Shown here: one piece after another, positions 31,010 through 37,498 of the stretch | How the letters are laid out: every line of letters begins with the position of its first letter | Numbering within the stretch: position 1 is the stretch's first letter | DNA from: Chrysochromulina tobinii | Taxonomy: Eukaryota | Assembly (NCBI GenBank): GCA_001275005.1 | Contig: JWZX01003294.1 | Span: 1-37,498 of the forward strand | Direction: 5' to 3' | Length of the DNA stretch: 37,498 nt | Program-made: the position numbers and the translations under genes | Notes under the pieces: generated by a model | Database searches by the model: none | Seen by the model: the letters and a program-made list of their open reading frames with translations, nothing else | Told to the model about the DNA's origin: nothing

Positions 31010-32532
31010 TCAGAGGCCCTCTCTCGACCACTCCGAGTAGTGCTCCGGGTAGCGCTCGAAGTGCTCTCGCAGCGCTGCCCTCTGCTGCTCGCCATTCCAG
31101 TCCAGCTTGTCGTACACGTCTGTGAACATGTGGACCGCCGCCGGGCGTGGCGCCTGGCTCGCGACGTTGAGCGATGCGATGGCGTCGCGCCGCGCCTGCG
31201 TCCGTAGGTAGTCCTCCATCTGGGTGTTCCACCAGCCGCGTGATGCGAGGTAGCGCCCGAAGCGAATGATGGGCGATCTCGCCTCCCAGAACGCGCGCTC
31301 CGAGTCCCACCCCTGATGAGGGAGGCAATCAGGCGGCCATCAGCGGCCATCAGCGGGGTCCCCACACCTCGACCGGAGCGCCGCGTGTGCGGTACTGATC
31401 AGGGAGGCAATCAGGCGGCCATCAGCGGCCATCAGCGGGGTCCCCACACCTCGATCGGAGCGTCGCGTGTGCGGTACTTGGTGTCGTCATCGCTCGTTGA
31501 GTGCGCCCCGATTCGGTACGTCATCGCCTCAATGAGGCACGGGCGCCCCTCGTTGAGACAAATGTCGCGCGCCTTTTTCGTCGCGGCCACAACGGCGAGG
31601 AGATCGTTGCCGTCGATCCGGATCGTCGGCAGACCAAAGGCAGGGCCACGTGGCGCGATGCCGTCCGACCGGTACTGGTCCTTGGCGTTGGTCGAGATGG
31701 CATAGCCGTTGTTGCGGCAGAAGAAGATCATGGGTGAGCCGTGCACGGCGGCAATGTTGAGCGCGGAGGGGATGTCGCCATGCGAGGCCGTCCCTTCGCC
31801 AAAATAAGCAATCGAGATGCGCGGCTGCCGCGTGCGCTTCATGTGCAGAGCCACACCCGTCGCGTGCGGCGCCTGGGTCGCGAGCGTCGACTTGACGTAC
31901 AGGATGCAGCGCTCCTTGGAGCCGATGTGCAGCGGCAGCTGGCGGCCATGCGCCGGGTCGTGCGCGGTCGCGCACAGCTGGTTGGCCACCTCCTGGAACG
32001 TGAAGCCCCTCCAGAAGAAGACCCCTAGCTCGCGGTACTGGGGCAGAACCCAGTCATCGGGCTGAAGCGCCGCGGCCGAGCCGACCGTGGCACCCTCCTC
32101 GCCGCGGCCCGTCAGGTAAAAGGAGATGCGCCCCTGCCGCTGCGCGTCGAGGAAGATCTTGTCAAACTCGTTCACGCGCAGCATCGTGTGCATGCACGCG
32201 AGCGCGTGCTCACGAGAGAGCGCCGGCACGTGCGCCTCCGCGCCCGGAACCACCCTGCCGAGGTCGTCCATGATGCGGAAGCACGGCATGGCCGCCGGCA
32301 CGTTGTCGACGTGCGGGTACCAGAAGTCCATGGACGTCGTGTACGACGATTTGGCGCCCACGAAGAGCGTGCTCTCACCCGTCGGCCGCGTCGGCTGCCG
32401 CAGGCGCGCGATCTCCTCGCGCAGGCGCGCGTTTTCAAGCTCAAGGTCGGAGAGGCGCGCGGTACAGAGGCTTCGGCGTGGCGCACGTGCGAGCTGCGGC
32501 AGCCGGCGAGGGAGCGATCGAAGGCTTCGCAT
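31010..32532 (-). CDS. BCKDHA: Branched-chain 2-oxoacid dehydrogenase E1 alpha subunit, mitochondrial; intron region 31313-31449
   Basis: AQRQGRISFY, QYRELG, YFGEGTASHGD, RNNGYAIST and YRIGAHSTSDD. Arg-rich mitochondrial-type leader MRSLRSLPRR. The 3' exon GWDSERAFWE..FTDVYD joins in frame. Confidence 0.95.
31313..31449 (-). other. Two near-identical 55-nt introns flanking a 27-nt copy of the upstream exon end
   Basis: gtgtggggaccccgctgatggccgctgatggccgcctgattgcctccct[g/c]atcag occurs at 31395-31449 and 31313-31367. The spacer 31368-31394 encodes YRTRGAPVE, against the genuine YRTRDAPIE. Confidence 0.9.
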
Positions 32533-32683
32533 CGAAGAATGACGAAACGCGGGCGGCCTTCGGCCTTCGCGCGACAGTGCAAGACACACCTTCTGTGCAA
32601 GAGTGTGGTGTGGGTTTTACACAAATGTACATGTAACCGTTTCCACTCCGCATCAAACTTGCACAAAAACTTTTCGCGCGCTC

Positions 32684-34378
32684 ATGGGCTCCTCCAACTC
32701 GAAGGGCTCCTCCTCCACCTCGACAGAGGCCACCACGATTCGCGCTGTGCTCCGCCGAGTCCTCCGCCGAGTCCTCCGAGGAGCTCGAACTCCGACGAGC
32801 CGCGACTTGCTCACCGGCGGCCTCGGCGGGCCGCCCACGGCCCAGTCGCAGACGAGCGTCGCGAACGCACCGAACCCCTACTTTGACGTTGAGACGCTGC
32901 TCGCGTCGGTGGGGAGCGGCGCGATCGCGGCGGTGAAGGGCACCTGGCTCGTCGGCCTGCACAAGCGCGGCGGCCGCCTCTCGCGCCGGCAGGACCTTCC
33001 GCCCGAGGCCTTTTGGTCGGCGGGCGAGCTGCGGAGGGTCGCGCTGGCGCTGGGCGACGAGTTTGGCGTGCTCTTCGTCGCGCTGTCGTACCGGTGGCTC
33101 ACAAAGGAGCACCCCGACCCCGACGGCTTCCACCTCGGCATCGTGGCGTCGGTCGCCGAGCTCTACCTCAACCCGAGGGGGTGGACTAAATATGGGCTTG
33201 ACCATTATTCGCAGCTCACCGCGGCGTTCAAGAAGCACGGGCTCGGCCTCCCCGAGTTCGCGCTGTTCTGGGACTTTGCGAGCCTGCACCAGCCGCCGCG
33301 CACCGACGCCGAGGCGAAGCTCTTCCCCAAGGGCCTGCAGAACTCCAATGTGTGGTATGGCCACGCGCAAACCGTCGTGTGGATGCAGAGCGAGCTGCCC
33401 GAGGGGTTTGCGGCGCGGATGCGGGCGAGCGAGCCGCCCCTCGCGGAGACGTACGAGGACTCGGGCTGGTGCTACGTCGAGGCCGCCATCAGCGCCGCCA
33501 TCAAGCCCGGCTTCCTGCGCCTCGACCTGGCCAAGCGTACTGAGCGGGCGATGGCGTGCGCCTACGGCCCCGGGGAGCCGTATGAGGATGATGCCAGCAT
33601 GCTCGCGCGCGTGTGCGCGCGGCGTCGGCCGCCGCCGCCGTCGCCGGAAACGGTCCGGCGCCTGCTGCAGACGGAGAAGCGCTTCACCAACTCGTCCGAC
33701 GTGAGCAAGGTCGCGGACCTGTATGCGACCTTCTTCGGCAAGGTCACCAACGTCGGCGAGCTCAAGTTCGAAGGGCTCGAGTGGGGCGACGCCGACGTCG
33801 TCGAGCTGTGCGAGGTGCTGCCCCGTTTTGCGGCCTTGAGGACGCTCGACCTCTCCCGGAACAAGATCGGTCCGGAGGGGGCATCCGCACTCGGCGAGGC
33901 GCTCAAGGTCAACGCGGTGGTGACCACCCTCGACCTCGGGTGGAACAAGATCGGCGACAGTTGGAACAGCATCGGCGACAACGGTGCCAAGGCAATCGCG
34001 GAGGCGCTCAAGGTCAACGCGGTCTTGACCAAGCTCAAGCTCTTGGGCAACAACATCGGTCCAGAGGGAGCCATCGCGATCGCGGAGGCGCTGAAGGTCA
34101 ACGCGGTCTTGACCAAGCTGGAGTTGGGCTACAACTCCATCGGCGACGACGGTGCTAAGGCGATCGCGGAGGCGCTGAAGGTCAACGCGGTGATGACCAC
34201 CCTCGACCTCGGAGGCGACAACATCGGGGTTGAGGGTGCCAAGGCGATCGCCCAGGCGCTGAAGGTCAACGCGGTCCTGACCAGACTGAACATCCAGGTC
34301 AATAACATGGGAGATGCAGGGAAAAAAGCGGTGCAAGATGCGGTGAAGGACCGGAGTGGATTTGTGTTGGAGCTGTAG
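32684..34378 (+). CDS. N-myristoylation-motif protein with HET-like N-terminal domain and C-terminal RI-like (NLRC3-type) leucine-rich repeats
   Basis: MGSSNSK start. ALSYRW..HPDP, LFWDFASLHQ and YEDSGWCYVE are HET-domain-like motifs. About six 28-aa repeats of the form NxIGxxGAxAIAEALKVNAVLTxLxL follow. Confidence 0.85.
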   Translation: MGSSNSKGSSSTSTEATTIRAVLRRVLRRVLRGARTPTSRDLLTGGLGGPPTAQSQTSVANAPNPYFDVETLLASVGSGAIAAVKGTWLVGLHKRGGRLSRRQDLPPEAFWSAGELRRVALALGDEFGVLFVALSYRWLTKEHPDPDGFHLGIVASVAELYLNPRGWTKYGLDHYSQLTAAFKKHGLGLPEFALFWDFASLHQPPRTDAEAKLFPKGLQNSNVWYGHAQTVVWMQSELPEGFAARMRASEPPLAETYEDSGWCYVEAAISAAIKPGFLRLDLAKRTERAMACAYGPGEPYEDDASMLARVCARRRPPPPSPETVRRLLQTEKRFTNSSDVSKVADLYATFFGKVTNVGELKFEGLEWGDADVVELCEVLPRFAALRTLDLSRNKIGPEGASALGEALKVNAVVTTLDLGWNKIGDSWNSIGDNGAKAIAEALKVNAVLTKLKLLGNNIGPEGAIAIAEALKVNAVLTKLELGYNSIGDDGAKAIAEALKVNAVMTTLDLGGDNIGVEGAKAIAQALKVNAVLTRLNIQVNNMGDAGKKAVQDAVKDRSGFVLEL

Positions 34379-35558
34379 AAAATGATTGTGAGAGCACTGT
34401 GAACATGTGTGGATCGCTGTTTTGTGTTCTGTGAAGTTATTTCCTAATTTGGAAGCTGCCTTAAAAGGCGTTTTCAATAGGGTGCTGAAAAATTTACGCA
34501 AAGCGAGCGCGCGCTTCCACAGAGAAGTTCGCAAGTTCGCCTGTACGGGGTGAGTGCTCGAGAAAAAGTGCTCGTCATGCTGGCTTTCTTCCAGACACCC
34601 GCGGCTCACACGAAGGTCTCTCATGCTCGCACTCATGTCGCACGACGCCAATGGCGCCCTGAGAGTCACCCTCCGAGCCGTCGAGCTGTGACGGCTGGCG
34701 CCCTAAGCCACGGCGCGACGGCTGCCCATAGGTGCCGGCTTATCGCCTGCGCGCGTACCAGCCCGCCCGCCCGGTCAATCTGGCCAAGATGGCGCGCAAG
34801 CGTGCACAGCAGACGCGCATTGCCTTCCGCAAGCCTGCTCTACGCAGCGTACACCTTTGCTGTTTTGCCATCTGGTGATCACAATTCGCGGCTGCGGTCT
34901 TGGTGACAAGAAGCATTGGGGTAGCGAACAGCTGTAGCGGGCGCTGCATGATGGTTTCCCTTGCTTCGGCCCTTCGCAGCTTCGCGTGGCTCTTCGAGCC
35001 GAGCCCGAGCGGCCTCACCTCGTGTCGTTCCTAACTTCCTATACTCGTCCGGCTACAAGGCAGTCATCCAGAGGACGTCGAGAGTGTAAAGAAATTTAGC
35101 GTAGCGCATGGCTGTATCCGGAATCTGCATAGTAAACGTGAAGTAAACGAAAGCCGAGAACGTAGAAGCTTGACGGTGGTGCTGCGGGCGGCCACCGCGT
35201 CTGTGAAAATGTGAAAAGCCGGCTCCGGAAGAGGACGTCGGTTGTGGCGAAGCATCAAGCATACGACGGCAACGCGATCTCGATCGCGGCGCGCGCGATC
35301 GGGAAACCAAATCTTGCGCCGCGGAGCTGACAGCTTAAACGTTTATTTATGCGGTGCGTGCCGAACGGTCGCCACGTGATCGCGAACATGTTAGATGTTA
35401 CGGCGGCCAACGTGGTAAAACAACGATCCGCGCGCCCCCCGGCACCGGACACGCCTACCGTTACTATACGATTGGCTCCGCTAGAGCTAGCGCTGCGGGC
35501 CACATGCCCAACTACGTACTACATCTCAGGCTGCACCGTAAGCATCTATGAGACTCCC

Positions 35559-37421
35559 TCACGAGAACATAAACTTCAGGTCCTCGAGCCGCGTCGCCCG
35601 CTCCTTGTAGTCGCTCGGGTCGCGCGCGTCGAGCGCCCCCTTGACGAGGGCCGTCTTCTTCGCGTGCAGCTGCAGGATGCGGTCCTCGACGGTGTGCTGC
35701 ATGAGGAAGCGCTTGACCCGCACCGCGTGCGATTGGCCGATCCGGTGCACACGATCGATTGCCTGCTCTTCGACCCCCGGATTCCACCAAGGATCGAGCA
35801 GGTAGACAGTCTGGGCGGCCACGAGGTTGAGGCCGACGCCGCCCGCGCGCAGCGAGAGCAGGAGCACGCGCACGCTCGGCTCGCTCGCGAAGCGCTCGAG
35901 CGCCTTGGCGCGCGCAGGCTGCGCCATTGAGCCGTCGAGCCGCTCGTACCTGGGGCCATCATCAGCGGCAATCGGGCCATCAAGTCATCAGCGGCAATCG
36001 GCGGGGATGAGACTGGCACTCAGAGCATTCGCATCAGAGCACTCGCAGAACATCGCACTCAGATCAGCGCTGCTGAGCGTACTCGATGCCTTCGTGCTCG
36101 AGAGGCCTCTGCACGAGGTCGAGCATCGCCGTCCACTGCGAGATGATCACCGCCTTGCGCACGCTCGGCACGACGCTCGTGCTCGGCACCGCGACCACAG
36201 GCGGGCCGAGCGCCGTGCTGAGCGTCTCCGTCAGGTCGGCCATCAGAGCCGTCAGCTTCGTCGACGGGCGCCACGCCTTGTCAAGGTCGACCGCGAACCG
36301 CGACTTGCGGGGGAGAGTGAGCAAATCGGCCCGATGGACCGTCTCGCGGCACACTGGGCACGGCGCAGCACCCATGGCGTTCGCCAAGCAGCCGCTGATG
36401 CACTCGCGGCAGAAGACATGGGCGCAGTTGGTGATGACGGCGTCCTCGGGCGCGTCCAGGCAGATGACGCAGCACGACTGCACGACCTCGTGGTCCGAAG
36501 CGCCCAGATTCGAATCTGGCGCCGCGAGATTCGAATCTGGTGCGGCGAGATTCGAATCTGGTGCGGCCGTCTCGCTCGGCGGCAGCGGCAGCGGCGCACC
36601 CGCGCCCGCCGCGCCCGCACCCGCGCCTACGCCGAGCGAGGATGAGCGGCTGAGCTCACGCAGCGCATTATGAATGAACGCGGGGCCGCTGTGAACGGGG
36701 CCGCTGGCGCCGCTGCCGCTGCCAGCTTGCTGCTGCTGCTGCTGCTGCTGCTCGGCGGTGCGCTGCTGCCAACGTTTGAGCAGCACATCTCCGATGGCAT
36801 TGAGGTCCTTGGAACAATCCGCGCGCGAGAGCACCAGAAATGGGTGGTCGCATGCCTGGCGCATCTGGAGCAGCATGGCGAGCACCGAGGCATGCGTCAT
36901 CGTGGGTAATTACAGGGCTCATCAGAGGGGCAGTACCTGGAGCAGCATGGCGAGCACCGAGGCATGCGTCATCGTGGGTAATTACAGGGCTCCTCAGGGC
37001 TCATCAGGGCTCCTAAGGGCTCATCAGAGGGGCAGTACCTGGAGCAGCATGGCGAGCACCGAGGCGTAGTTGTTGAGAACCTTGCCCTCAGCCACGAACG
37101 CGTCGAAGCGCACCTTTGACTGCGTGCGCAGCGCCTCATAGAAGTCGAGCTCCTCGGCTGTGAAAAGGAGCTTCTCGATGACCGTCTGGCGCGGCGGCAG
37201 CATGACGATCGGCTGGCCGTCTGCGCCGCGCGTCGCCTTCGTACGCCGAAGCAGCAAGGGGCGGAGGGCGCCATGCAGTCGCGTGAGCGCGCGCGCGTCG
37301 CGCTGCTCCAGCAGAGGACGCGAGATGACGCGCCGCCAGCAGCTGTACTCATCCAGGGGCGCGAGTCGCAGAAAGTGGAGAAGGGAGAAGAGCTCATCGA
37401 GATGGTTTTGGATGGGCGTGC
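35559..37421 (-). CDS. RAD5/HLTF-like SNF2 helicase with RING finger, 3' part (continues beyond the window); exons 37421-37039, 36864-36083, 35949-35559
   Basis: GTPIQN, LLLRRTK, LLQMRQACDHP, RING (CVICLD..CAHVFCREC..CPVCR), IISQWTAML, RLDGSM, SLRAGGVGLNL and DPWWNPGVEEQAIDRVHRIGQ. Introns 37038-36865 and 36082-35950 restore the frame. Confidence 0.93.
36865..37038 (-). other. Stacked introns 36937-37038 and 36865-36936, each ending with a 27-nt copy of the upstream exon end
   Basis: gcctcggtgctcgccatgctgctccag occurs three times. Both units start gtactgcccctctgatgagccc. Confidence 0.88.
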
Positions 37422-37498
37422 CTGCGGCATTGGGGATGAAGGGTGAGGGGTGAGAGGGGAGAGGGGAGGGGTGAGAGGGAAGAGGGGAGAGGGGAAAG

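Noticed and set aside
32441..34669. 742-aa minus-strand ORF
   Set aside because: It is the antisense shadow of the GC3-rich HET-LRR gene. The same applies to 28360-30066, 11944-12840, 4099-5025 and similar ORFs.
34380..35550. Short ORFs between the LRR and RAD5-like genes
   Set aside because: No recognisable motifs or consistent codon bias, so treated as intergenic/UTR.
36500..36752. 21-bp agattcgaatct-containing repeat (AAPDSNL x3) and a CAG/poly-Gln tract
   Set aside because: Ordinary in-frame low-complexity linker expansions in the helicase.

Overview
GC-rich, gene-dense eukaryotic nuclear DNA, most likely from a haptophyte alga (Chrysochromulina/Prymnesiales-like). This is inferred from spliceosomal introns, signal-peptide-led plastid-type genes and the 'ALKVNAVLT' LRR family. 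About 17 protein genes are supported: three paralogues of a SAM-methyltransferase-like family (two of them an inverted duplicate), a bacterial-type APC permease, organellar ThrRS, a large cell-surface PAN/glycoside-hydrolase protein, a signal-peptide Derlin, a GT23-like fucosyltransferase, an ATP-grasp protein, two hypotheticals, a T4 Rnl1-type RNA ligase, lycopene beta-cyclase, an A20 zinc-finger gene missed by the ORF track, BCKDH E1-alpha, a HET-like plus LRR protein and a 5'-truncated RAD5-like SNF2 helicase. A ~1.2 kb TIR-bounded element filled with GATAC/GTATC satellite lies at 2367-3594. The most striking signal is in the introns. In four unrelated genes they begin or end with copies of the flanking exon (5-28 nt), some are stacked back-to-back, several carry sense-oriented TGAT-containing repeat arrays, and two introns in different genes share a 24-nt identical 3' module. 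Together these suggest an active intron-generating system. All gene models were deduced by eye, without transcript or database evidence.
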